Assembly: GCF_006345805.1 (NCBI RefSeq)
Contig: NC_042998.1
Coordinates: forward strand, 161,014,001-161,078,000
Reading direction: 5' to 3'
Origin: Octopus sinensis
Taxonomy: Eukaryota
DNA length: 64,000 nt
Below, in pieces: positions 41,035 to 53,957 of the stretch. The notes under the pieces are model-generated. The model was not told where the DNA came from, ran no database searches, and saw nothing but the letters and a program-made list of their open reading frames with translations. The position numbers were made by a program, and so were the translations under genes. Position 1 is the first letter of the stretch; every line of letters starts with the position of its first letter.

Positions 41035-42494
41035 AACAGGATTTAAATTTGAGTAAAAATATGAAATATAGTTAAGAAAATACCACAAAATTTATACTAA
41101 ATGAGGTAAAATACTTTTTTGCTATATAGGAATGTAAGTGAAATTCTGTGTCTAAATTTTTGCTATATTTGTCACATAAGTATAATATAGCCTTCCGTTC
41201 TCCTTTCACAACTAAGTTTGTTTTATCATTAGTTAAGAAATGGTCATTATGTATATAAGAAACATGGAGAAATATTTCTTTTGGAATGGATTAATTTCCA
41301 GAAAAGAAAATAATCAAGTGAAGAGTGGAGGTCGAAACAAATCCATCCTGTCTTGAAACAATATCTTCTAAATAACAGCATATCAAAGACATAAGATTTC
41401 AACAAATATGAATTTGATTTCAAATAACAGTTGTTTTAAATAGATTGAACTTTAATCTTCAATTTCTGATTCATTCAGTTTAGATATAATTCCTCAACTG
41501 CAGCTGCTTCTCTTTTCAGGTTTTTCATTTCTTTCTTTCTCTCTTTTTCTTTCTTTCTTTATTTATAGAATAACATCTAATTGAATATCACAACTGGATT
41601 CAGTCAATGACAGAACACATAGGGTTAATCACATCACTAAGGAAGCATTCGCTTCATTGGGAAGTGAAGCAAAAACAGCAAGCGTCTTGAATCAATCTAG
41701 CTAATACCAACCAGTTAAGACGCAAGTTGAGCATGACCGTACTTTCTGGTTGATACTAACAATATAGAATTAGTGTGTTCTTGAAACGACATCGAAGGTA
41801 AGCTACTAATATCAAAATGGCAAGATAGTAAATATAATCCTGCCATTGATAAACATTGATTGTGACTGCAGAGAAATCATATTAAGCTGATACCCTGAGC
41901 ATTCAGAAATTGATTGCGTTCAAGCAACTGCTGGAATCACAATGACAGCATAGTCGGCCATAGTCTTCATGTGGCAAGGGACGAATGAAAAGAGAATGTC
42001 TTGTATCTTAAATAGAATAGAGCTGGATACTGATAATACTGTCACGTTACCATTAGGAATTCTTGTCTGTTCTTTCACTAGCTGCTTCTCACACTCACTG
42101 ATCTCTTAAGCAATAAGTCCAATCAAGCTATGAACTCATAGGAGCAAACTTAGCTCTCAAATTAGAGGGATTTGAAATGAGAATACTGTAACAGTTTAGA
42201 AGTATTTATATAATTTCTTCACTAAATGACCGAGAAATAAAAGAATGCATTCTATAGAGAAATTTATAGCAACAGCTATCATAATCTCTAATCTTATGAA
42301 AAAGTCAGAAAAAGTTCAAATAATAATATAATATAAAGTTAAAATAATAATATTATAATTTCATGAAAGGACTGAAGCCACTATTAATTAGTATTAATGT
42401 ATTCAAGAAGAATATGCATACATATATATGTGTGAGCATGTGTGTGTGTGTGAATGTGTATGTGCATGTGTATGTATGTGTGTGAGTATATATA

Positions 42495-42535
<41 letters not shown>

Positions 42536-42899
42536 AACAATAGCAAAATGAGCATTGCAATGGTATAGCAAGAGAATGAATAATTAAATATCCAAAAGAA
42601 TGGAGAATGAAATATTAAATGAATTATGATGCATAAGAACTAAAACTAGTAGTATCAGAACTTGAGAAAAAATAACGAGATTAAGTTGAAATTCTGAGAT
42701 TTTGAGTAAATGTTACATACATACATACATACATGCATGTATATATATGGATATATATGGATTAGTTACAGAATTCATTAGAATGTAGGCATATCACTAA
42801 GTAGGACACCAGGAATGGTTGGGTTTTTAGTACTGAGTTTACAGTGAGGTAAACAACCCTTAGTTATCATTTGTTGGTAGTATACTGTATGTAGATATA

Positions 42900-43082
42900 T
42901 ACACACACACACATATATTTATACATACATACATATATCATATATATACACATCTATATATATATATATATACACAAATATATACATATAATATATATAT
43001 ACATATACATATATATACATACATATGTATATAATATATATAAATGATATATATATATATATATATACATACATACATACAT
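42900..43082. repeat. long impure (TA)/(CA)/(TACA) low-complexity tract
   Basis: Read directly from the sequence. Confidence 0.9.
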
Positions 43083-43462
43083 ATGGCCATAACTATCTTT
43101 ATCTAAATAGGGCTCTATAACTTAGAGTGTGCTTCTCATTTGGATTTATGATCTAGTAACAGTATAATGTGCTTAAAGATACACATATACTCAAGGTACC
43201 AAATTCAATATAAACTGTAGAGCTGACTCAGGGTTGGTTCCAGGTGTGGTGTATGTATAAAAGAACAAAAGTGAGGGTCAAAATTCACAACTGTTTCAGC
43301 AGCATTTTATTGAAGCATTCTTAGATTACAGCATAGCAAAAACCTGTCATCATCAGGTAAATTTAAAACATAAGTAAGGCAAAACCAGGGGAGGACCTGC
43401 TCACAAACAACCATGATGAACAAGTCTTGTTTTTGTTTTTGTTCTTCTTCTACTTCTTAAGC

Positions 43463-43507
<45 letters not shown>

Positions 43508-43510
<3 letters not shown>

Positions 43511-43718
43511 TTTTCTACTCAAGGCACAAGGCCTGAAATTTTGGGGGAGGGAGCCAGTCGATTAGATCAACCCCAGTACACAACTGGTACTTAATTTATC
43601 AACCCTGAAAGGATGAAAGGTAAAGTTGACCTTGGTGGAATTTGAACTCAGAATGTAAAGGCAGATGAAATATCATTAAGCATTTCGCCTGGCATGCTAA
43701 TGTTTCTGCTAGCTTGCC

Positions 43719-43724
<6 letters not shown>
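43508..43724 (-). mobile_element. tRNA-derived SINE (type 2), well preserved
   Basis: The minus strand reads aaggtggcaagctagcagaaacattagcatgcc...ctgagttcaaattccacc (B box)...cctttcatcctttcagggttgataaattaagtaccag...aggccttgtgcc. It is flanked by (TA)n on both sides. Confidence 0.9.
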
Positions 43725-43774
<50 letters not shown>

Positions 43775-43795
43775 ATATATATATACATATATATA

Positions 43796-43836
<41 letters not shown>

Positions 43837-43844
43837 CATATATA
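43725..43844. repeat. ~120-bp impure (TA)n tract
   Basis: Read directly from the sequence. Confidence 0.95.
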
Positions 43845-43944
43845 TCATCATCATCATCATCATCATTTAGCGTCCGCTTTCCATGCTAGCATGGGTTGGA
43901 CGGATCAACTGGGGTCTGTGAAGCTGGAAGGCTTTGTCAGGCCC
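43845..43944 (-). mobile_element. severely 5'-truncated RTE 3' end (~100 bp)
   Basis: catcatcatcatcatttagcgtccgctttccatgctagcatgggttgg closely matches the 3' terminus at 21951-22000. It is flanked by (TA)n. Confidence 0.8.
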
Positions 43945-46600
43945 ATATATATATATATATATGTATTAACATAGAAAATGTGACAGTGTGGTATGCAAAT
44001 CACTTTCAGAACAATTTAAATACACTAATATGATAGGCTTTCGAAATAAATATTTACATGTTTTACGAATAAAAGTTCTTCATTTAATGGCGAAGTTGTA
44101 CAATGTATGTTACCTAAAAACATAATAGTAGCAGTGGGATTTGAAATAATGATCAACATTTTTACATTTTAAAATGTAGTAAAGTTTCAAGTGTGTGATT
44201 ATTACCCTGCATAGAAGTGTATTTCAAGTAATGATACAACCAGAAGAAATTTGACTTGGGAGTTTATTCTGTTCTAAGTAATAAACTAAGTAAATATTAA
44301 GTTATCCATATTGTTCTCTACAGCATCTGAAATCTGCTGCAATGAACTGAACTAGTTGAAAACATTGACTTTTAGAAATAACTTTGCAAATACACATAAA
44401 CTGTCTCCAATATAACAAGATGTGGCAGACAAGCCAAGTATTATGAAATTAATTCCTTCAGTAATGTGCAAGCAAGGCTTCAGATACTTGTGTTTAGCTA
44501 GCTGAGTTGTGAATAAAGACAACAGCTTAAAACTGGACAAAGAGTGCAACAAAGCACAGAAACTTAATAGTAAAAGATCAATTGATTGATTAAATGTAAT
44601 GACACTTCAACTTAACATGTGGTCTGTCTTTTCACTTAATTTCTTAAGCATGAACATTGCAAGACAATGTAAAAGTAGTAATAAAAAATTTAAAAAGTAT
44701 TCAACTGAAAACAAGGAGGATGAAACTAACAATGTTTAAGTTGTTGCTTGCAAAAGTAATTTTTTAATGTTTTACAAATGATATTCATGAATTTATTTGA
44801 AATTATGAAGACTTAAGCAATGAATCAATACAGTAAGTGATCAATTAATTTGATATGTTATAAATCATATTCTTCATGATAAACCTCCTTAATCAAATTA
44901 TCTTTTATTTGGTATGCTGAATGACAATCTTTATAAACTAAAAAAAAAGAATGTGTACTGGAGGTACTAAATAATGTTGTACTTATCTCTATTTAGTTTT
45001 AAGAAAAACTTCTATCTAGTCATATTTAATTAACAAAACATAACAAATTAGAATTTAATTTCTTTTGATTTATATTAAAAATGAGTTTAACAATTCATTT
45101 CCCAAAATTTTATTACATTTTAGAGTTAATGGATGGTACATCATCACTATAAGATATGCGTCAGCTTTTGTTAAGTATTATGTAAGGGCTAAAGACATCT
45201 TCAGGATTCAGTACTAATCAAAACACACTATAATGAGCTCCCTATAGCTGATATCTCTTAAATTATTTAGATAGAGCTTAGAGCAACAAACTTACTGAAC
45301 ACTTCCTCTAGCAGCCTAATATAATAAGTAAAAGCTGCTCCTAACTATTAAATCATAGGGATTCTTCATAGCTAAACAATTCTTTTCACTATAATAGAAT
45401 TAGTGTGCTAATGAGGTTTCTCTCCGCTGAATGAGATAATCACAAAGCAGTCTTATAAGTTTGCAGTTAAAAATGGAATGAAATAAATGACCATGGGTAA
45501 ATAGACAATAAATACCAGTTAAATGTAATCAAGGCAATAAATAAATTGAGAAACAGTTAATTCTTAGGTTTATATAGTGATTGATTTATTTGTTCATTTA
45601 TTTACTTTCAGAACTAGCCAACATACAAATGAGGTGGTTATCTGATTAATACCAACCTTAACCAAACCATCATCATCATCATCAACAACATCTTAATGTA
45701 CTGTTTTTCTATGGAGATATGTTGGGTAGGTCTACCTCTCATCTAAATTATTTCTCATCTCACCTAAGAGGACAAATATTTTAACACTGTCCTTTTATCA
45801 GTTGTCAGGTGAAAACCAAATTAAAACTTTAATACAGTATCACATGATAAGTAAAGTGTTATAGCCTAGAAGTGGCTGAAAACTGTTCAGTTTCTTCATT
45901 TCTAATTCTTGTAGATTGTACATTCAATGCAAAGGGTGTTGTGACTAGTGTGTTTCCAGTAGTAACTGCATAATAAAACATTAATTGAGCGATGTTTGAC
46001 AAATACTGCTTCTAAACATAAATAAACAATGTGATTATTAGAGTGAGGACAGTATAAATGTGTAACTAGTTTCTTAGGTATAATAATAAACTCCCTAATT
46101 GCAATATCTTTGCAAGAGAAAGGTAGAGATAGTTCACAGAGAAAAAAACGATGGATTTTGGTAATGGATGACCCTGTTTAAGAAAAAACAGTATCTTCTT
46201 GACACACGACCTTCTAGAGTTAGATGTAATTCCAGATGTGGTTGTGATGGTTCATCAACGATAAGATTAAGAATATTCTTGAACTACTTAATCATAAAAT
46301 CTTAAAATCTTCAAGGGTGATTTTAGCAATAAAGATAGCATATTCTTGAATAATGTATTGGGTAAAAATAGTTGCGTATGGTCGAAGTAATAATATACTA
46401 GGCAGTATACCCATCACCAACTAAAAATTTACCCAACATGTGAGAAAATGACAAGCATGTTTTAATAAAAGTGATGTGATGTTCAAAGCAAAAATAGAAT
46501 TAAAAGTACTAGTTTTTGGTGAGTATGTATGACTGTGCTGTGTTTTTCTCTTTTTTAATCATCGGTTTTGAAAAGAACACACACACACACACACATTCAT

Positions 46601-46670
46601 GCTGCCTTGGTGTAATGGTTAGTTCAACTCTATGCTTTACAGCAAACACGAAGTTCGATACCCGTAGATT
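46601..46670 (+). pseudogene. tRNA-like sequence (Val-TAC-like), pseudogene or SINE head
   Basis: A box ggtgtaatggttag, tgctttaca resembling the tRNA-Val(TAC) anticodon arm, and B box aagttcgatacc. The stems do not pair well, so it is not a functional tRNA. Confidence 0.45.
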
Positions 46671-49600
46671 ATACTACAACTTTTTCCATCTCCTATATTT
46701 ATGCATATATATTTGCATAAACTTAAAGTCAGTTAAGATGCAATAAAAACCTATTAGGGTTTATTTCAAACATTTAATTTGCAACTACGGGAAATTAAAG
46801 TATCTGCAATGTTTATAATTGATATAAACTGAAGAGTAAATTTAGAATAAATATGTGGAAATTTTATATATAAAATTTCACTGCCGCTTTCACAGCTGAA
46901 TATTAGAAATAAAAGTATATATATGTACCAGTCCTGTTACATAAGATTAAATTCCTACAATAAATTTAGCTCTAGCTTTAACACCACCTCTCATTTCATA
47001 CTAAACAACCTACAGTAATAATTATATCTGTTGCAAAGCATTATCAATGAAATTATTAAAGAAATACTTTAAGAGTCCCTTTAAAAATTTACATAAAACA
47101 AGATGTATGAGCTGATCACTGTATTTTTTTTATGTGCTGTTTTTAGACTGAATCATTCATTAACCAATTATCTTGTCAAGACTATTCTAAAATGTTAACT
47201 GTAACAATCAATAAAAATAGTGGAAAGTAGTGAAAAGCTAAGTCAATTTCTAGAAGTTTTATTTAATTAGAAGCTGTGAAATAAGAGGATAAATCATGTA
47301 TCATTTTTCTCAATGAAAATGCACTAGCACTGTATATGAAGTAGTCATTGATTAGTGGTACTGACTGACCAGGCAGGTTCAGTGTATAAAGTTTCAGCTG
47401 ATCTACTTGAGTTGGTACTCAAACATAAATGCATGCTACCTGTTGTTATAACAAGTAACAGGACAGTCATAAATGGAAATCACTCACTCATAAATTATTC
47501 ACAGTGATTCGATTGAATTTATTAGAAAATTCCACAATAACCTACTATAAATAAATGCTGATAATGCTTGTAACATAACAAATTATTTTTTCTTCGCAAA
47601 CTTAGAATTGTTTTGGCCAATTACTGATTGTTTCATAGCAATATTGCATGTATTTAATTACCTGTGTATGAAATATTGTTCATGTTCTTCAGCAGCAGTA
47701 AAAACGTAACTGAAGATTTAGTTTTTCATGTGCTTTGCACTATAGAAAATATAAATACACTGTAGCTCATTGGAGGTGAAAGTCTACTACCTTTGGCCTA
47801 CTTATATGTTGGCAACCAATTACTATGTATGTGTGTGTGTGTACAGGTATATATGTACATACGACCATACACACACAACACACAGACATTAACCAAGTAA
47901 TCAGGACTAAACTGAGCTTAAAGACATAAAGCCTACCATTTTTAGTGGAGAAAAAATAAGAATTTGCTAGTGATGAGAATAAAGTAAAATGACAAGAATT
48001 TGTTGTTCACCAGTAATTCTGACTGAATAAGAGAATAACTTTCCTTATGTTATATTTTGGATAAATAGTTGATTTGCAAATATAACATCCAAGGCAATAA
48101 AAAAGCTCATTTGTTAAAGGAAAAAAAGAAAAGGGTTAATTATGTAAACTTAAATGATGGCAAAATAAGTTCAAACAAAGATTAGTGGATATCAGATTGT
48201 TTTTAAAGTTGTATCTGTCACAAACAAAAGATATATCCAATGTTTAAACTAAAAGCCAATAACATCTTGGAAAATATCAGCCTATGGTGGCTGTGAAATA
48301 CTTTATAGTGTAGCTTGTTGATGTAGTAGGAACAGAGAAACTACCAGAGGCATTCAGTAATCAATTCGTAGTTTGTTGTTTAGAGAGAAAGAGAAAAGAG
48401 GGATGAGACAGCTGCAAATGAAAGGAAATTTATTGATCAATGTCACTGTCCAGCAACTCAACATCTGATAAGGTCCTAGTTATTGGACATCTAATATTTT
48501 TCTACATTTTGTATAGTATTGCACCAAAGTAGTTGGCATTATCACCGACCATCTTCTAGTAAATGACTTGTGGTGGGATTTGTTGGCAGTTAAAAGCAAA
48601 AGACCTTTGACAACAGATCCATTCATATTTGATCACATAGGCAAGTTTGATAATCTCAAAGCAGCCAATGAGAATCATTTGTGAACAGGTGGCTTTTGTT
48701 TAATTGAAATTTTAAAATCAATAAACATGCTTTGAACGAACCATGTCTGCAAATCATATCTACTTTGACTTGGACTACTTTCTTTCTATATTCTACATCT
48801 TCATTAAAATAATTCTATAAAACTAAAGAACATTCAAAACATTTAACTTAAAAAGTAGCAGATGAAAAAAACAAAGCAAACAAGAAAGTTTATGCTCAAG
48901 AGTAATTAGGAGGATTTAGAAAAGATATTAATTTTTACATCTCAATGTATAAATTTTCATTTAAAAATATTAAATTTTTCTTACCATGAGCGACCCATCC
49001 ATGCTTACATGTGTCACATGATCTAAGGTGCAACTTTCCAGGGGCAAAACATTCACACATACAATTTGGCAGTGTGCAACGTATAGCCTGCAATAGATAA
49101 AAATAAAATTTGGTATAGTAGTAAATATATTTGATAAGTTGTAATGATAAAAAATACTATTGTATTTGAATTTTGTTTGAGATCATCACACACATATATA
49201 GACACACTCTTTCTCACACACAATTTTCTTTTAAATCAACAAAACACCACTTACACACCTGATGTCACAGAGAAGGTACAAGAAATAAATTTTGAATGAT
49301 ATACAAAAAAAAAAAAGAACTAACTGGAAGATATGACTTTTGAATATGCTACCATAGTAATGGTTATATACATTATATATGAAGAGTTACTTATTGGTGA
49401 AAATAGATAGAAGTGTCTATGAAATTTGAGCTGTGATAAAACCTGGCAAAATAAGCTACTTTGCTGGCACATAAACTGCCATCTATATAGAGTTGACATA
49501 ATCAGATATCTAGTCTCCATTAGCTATTTTTTAGTGTCTGCTTTTATAGCTCTGGTTTATGTTGAAGCTCTATTGTTTTAAGGTTAATTGTGGCTGTTTC

Positions 49601-52119
49601 TGTAAAGGAATATATGAAAGCATCATTAACATACTTTCTATACAGAAAGCTATCTCCTGGTAAATAAAAGTTGGGATGGGAAAGAAAATATTTAACAAAT
49701 AATATTTGGTCAAAATTCTGTTATATCTTATATCAAAATAGAGCAATCAAATTAAAAAACAATCAGTTAGACGTTTGAAGATACTTTGGCAAGGAAGCGA
49801 AATCTTGCAAGAGATCCAAATACCATATTTTCTGAATGTTATAGTTGTCATAAGATAATCAGCAACTGCAACTACTCTCTACTCATCTCAAAGGTATATT
49901 ATACAAATACATAAATATATTTATTCATGAAATAAACTAAGCAAAATTTCCTTTGATTTTTGTTAACTGATACTGTACATAACAGAACAGAAAATTGATA
50001 TCTAAATATTTCTCAATTTAGAGGAATATGGTCTGTATTTGAAGAAAGTTACTGATTTGAATTCTATTTTTGATATCTAATTCAACTTTTACAACAAGAG
50101 GTGAGCCACAAAATCTATTCTAAAATACTACATGCAGTTTATGCAGTTTCAAGGGTCAAGATATCTGTTAGGAACATTTTTTAGAACAATAACAATTATT
50201 TTCTTGAATAATTCTGTTTTCCTCTCTCTCTCTCTCTTTCTCTCTCTCCCTACACACACACGTTGGTGGTGGGGTTCAAGATAAGATTAAACTAAATCAG
50301 ACAAAAAAAAAATGTTTATTTTAGCACATCTGTTCCATTTTGATAACAGTTATGAGAAAAAAGTTTATTTCCTCAGCATTGATTTGATTGTCTTCTAACA
50401 TTGACATTGTAATAACAGAAACTTTAAGGGGAATATAAATGATCAGGTTAACACCTAGAAGAGATTATTACAAACTGATAGTAATGATCACAAATCAGCC
50501 ATTATTGTAATGATTAAAGAAAACAAACAGGAATGTAAATATTAGAGGTAAAGGACAATCCAATGAAACATTTGGTCAGAAACTAAAGTTCCAGGTTTAA
50601 ATGTAAACTACTTGTACAAAACAAAAGTAGTCTATTGTATGTAGAGAGGTAGAATGAAGCGATAAAGGTCTACAGGTATCATAGAATTGCGATCAACATT
50701 TTCTAACTCACTGCAGTTAGAAAATAGCACAACAAGGTTGGGCAGAATGTATAGAAGGGTAGGAGCAGGTTAATAAGAATAATAAGATTGGGTACTCTTT
50801 CATTTTAGAAGTTCAGATATAATGTCTGATAATAAACATAATTAATCAAAAGCAGAAGAATAAATGACTAACTGAATTAACTCTAAATAATTGGCAGTAA
50901 TTTCAAATATATTTCATCAAATTCTTATTTGTATGAAAGCCATAAGCATATAATAAAATAAACTAATATAGAAGAAAAGAAAAAATGAAAACAGCATCAT
51001 CCAAGCACTACAGTATATGTCAAATCTATGGCAAGTTTCCAAAAGAATTTACATCTTTCAACTTTAAAAACATATATGTTATCCATTTTTATTATAATCT
51101 TTCTTACTTTAAGCCTCCCGCTCCACCTCTTTAAAATGTTTATTACATTTGATTTAAAGAGATTCTAACTCATATCTACTACCTTTCTATCTGAAGCAGA
51201 TGTCTTAAATTCTGAGACTAACAACAGTTGAGGACGAGAAGGAATTGTACCTAAACTAAACTAGAGCACGATATGAAGTAATGACTAGCAGGTGTATGCA
51301 CAAGCAAGATGAAAAGAAATGGAGTTAGAAATGATGCAAACTAAATTAAAATTAAGAAAAAAAAAATTTGAGAATTAAACAAGAAAAAGATTATTATAAA
51401 CACTAATGCATGTGTATGCATGTGTGTATGTGTGATCATAAAAATTAAAATCAGTAAAATAATATATAAAAGGAAATATATATATATATATATATATATA
51501 TTCATTTATTCATTTAAGTAGTTTTACAAAATATTCTTTTCTTTTCTAAGGTAGTTCAGTTTCTTAGTCAGCTGAGGGTGGGATGGGGAAACACAATTAA
51601 CAATATTCATTGAATTTGTACAATAGTAGAGAAAATTGAAATTTAATTTCTGAGCTCGTGAATCAGTTTGAGTATTACATAAACAAAATCTTCCATCAGA
51701 AATATCAATGAAGAAAGTAAAACACTAAATTATGAGGATTATGATTATTTATTATCAAAAGAATTAGAGCAAGTTTGAAACATTTTTATATGCGTGATAA
51801 AATAAAGCTATAACCTGAAGAAATACCCAGTGTATAGTATTATCTTATTATCAGTCCATTATTATCTTACAGATCAGATAATGATTTCTATGCATTAATT
51901 TCTGATGTTGATGACAGTACTGCTTTAATTTGTTATATCTCTATTGAGACATATGCAACAACTCTATGATGCATTAGGTGACTTACAGAAACCTTTTGAC
52001 ATCAGCCATTGAAGAACTGCTTGTAAAAATTCTCCACATTGAATCAGAATTATAGGGTCAAGTTTGGTTATTGAACTCAGTGAAAAGTTGTAATCATTGC
52101 ATTTTTTTTAGTCCCAGTT

Positions 52120-52270
52120 CAGTAGTGATCAAGCAGACTTAATTCATAGGTATATTTAGCAATGACTACTCTATCCTTTTCTTTTCAGGCAATCTTCAGT
52201 CTGCGCTTGCATTCTTAAAAGAGAATAAAGTACAATTTGGGAGAGAATTGGCTGCTATTTCTACCAGTTT
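52120..52270 (+). repeat. dispersed repeat fragment, copy 2
   Basis: atttgggagagaattggctgctatttcta and the upstream segment match 6050-6195. Confidence 0.5.
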
Positions 52271-53914
52271 CACTCAAGTTTTGTTATCATATGGTTATGT
52301 CCCCTAGAATTCTATCTTTAACTTGTTTCTGTTCATTCAATGACAAAGAATTTAGGATTTTAGATTCATACCAACTATTATGTAATCTGATGGCCTAGGT
52401 GTTGTACAAGTTTAAAACATTGAAAAGAGGACTTATGTAAAAGAAATCTGGCGATAGTCTGAAATAAATCTTAGTAGCAAAGATCACAAAAGTGTAACAG
52501 CAACAGGGAAGTGGCCTTGTACATTATGCAGGTATAGTGTATTATTCAAGTAGTCATTCTATGTAATTAATGTACATAATGAACATACAAAAAAATGCAT
52601 GGAGATTGTTTTGGGCTGCATATATTTTCTGGAACTAATAGATAAGTTCTGTTACCAAGGTAATATAATTACGACTAGAGATAGGATAATAATAGCATCA
52701 TGGGGAGAGCTGGAAGGGAAGGAATTACAAATATTAGCTCCATTAGAAAAGATAGACAATGTGAGATATGGTCAATGAGTGATGTTATACAGAAATTTAA
52801 ACAAGCAATGAATGTTGAGGATCTACAACCAATGAAGTTAATAATTACACCAATGGATAGGCATTGTCAATAATAAATATGACAGAGCTACAAGTTCAAA
52901 GAGTGATGTACAAAGAAGGTGCTGGTATGTAGGAGATGTATCTATATGTGTGGATGGGTGATGTATCTATATATGTACGGACGTAAGATGAAAAAGTGCA
53001 CTGAGTTCCAATAATGTGCAAAACCTAAGTAGTAGTAGTAGTAGTAGTAGTAATAGTTAAATCAGACTTTTGCATAACATTAAACGGAAAACTGTTTTAG
53101 TGTATATCACTATGGAAAAAATAACATTAGAATGTTAAAGATATATTTTTCAACACAAACTAATCCACACTAACACCTACACATGTGTGTATGTGTGCAT
53201 GATTGAGTGTGAGTGTGTGTGCAACTGCACGTGTGTGTGTCTGTGTGTAGGAGGTGGCACATGCATACTTACACTTATTACTATTCTTTATATTAATCTA
53301 TTTGTTTTAGGATTTTTCTTTCACTACTGAATGATCATACACACACACATACAGACAGGCAGACAAACACACACACATACAGACAGGCAGACAAACACAC
53401 ACACACACATACTCAGTCACTGGATCAGATATGGAGAACCAGTGGCATGAAAAATTCTGAATCTGGTACAAATATTGTCATAATTCAAGGTGACATAGAT
53501 ATTTTAATAATAAAGAGCTAAAAAATATATTTCCATAAACAAAAACATATGCTCATCAACTGCATTCAATTTTCTTTTAAAATGAAAGCAAGAAAAATTT
53601 ACTTAGCAAGATAAACAACTCTTTATAGTTTTCTTCTGTCTAGTTGAATTATGCTCATTATGGTACTCAAAAATAATTAGGTAGAAATCCATTTAACTTG
53701 AAATATGCAACCATTTATAAGTAGTCTGAATATAAAATCTGTTAAAAGCATAGCTGTTTAATAAACACATAGATAATTAAATGACATAAAAATGTCATAA
53801 ATATACATACATATATGCATATATGTGTGTGTATGCTTACACACATGTAGGGAACTGTATAAACATCAATCTATTTCTCTCTCTCATATACATATATTCA
53901 CCAAATGTATGCTG

Positions 53915-53915
<1 letters not shown>

Positions 53916-53951
<36 letters not shown>
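53916..53951. repeat. (TG)n microsatellite
   Basis: Read directly from the sequence. Confidence 0.95.

Positions 53952-53957
<6 letters not shown>

Noticed and set aside
43648-43974. IYIYIY/HHHH ORFs, and similar ORFs at 2858, 7200, 19409, 20625, 42353, 53823 and 59130
   Set aside because: They are translations of TA, CA, CAT and AAC microsatellites.
52189-52293. Exon-like segment NLQSALAFLKENKVQFGRELAAISTSFTQVLLSY with a strong acceptor
   Set aside because: It lies within a dispersed repeat whose motif recurs at 6159 and 57219, and the donor is weak.
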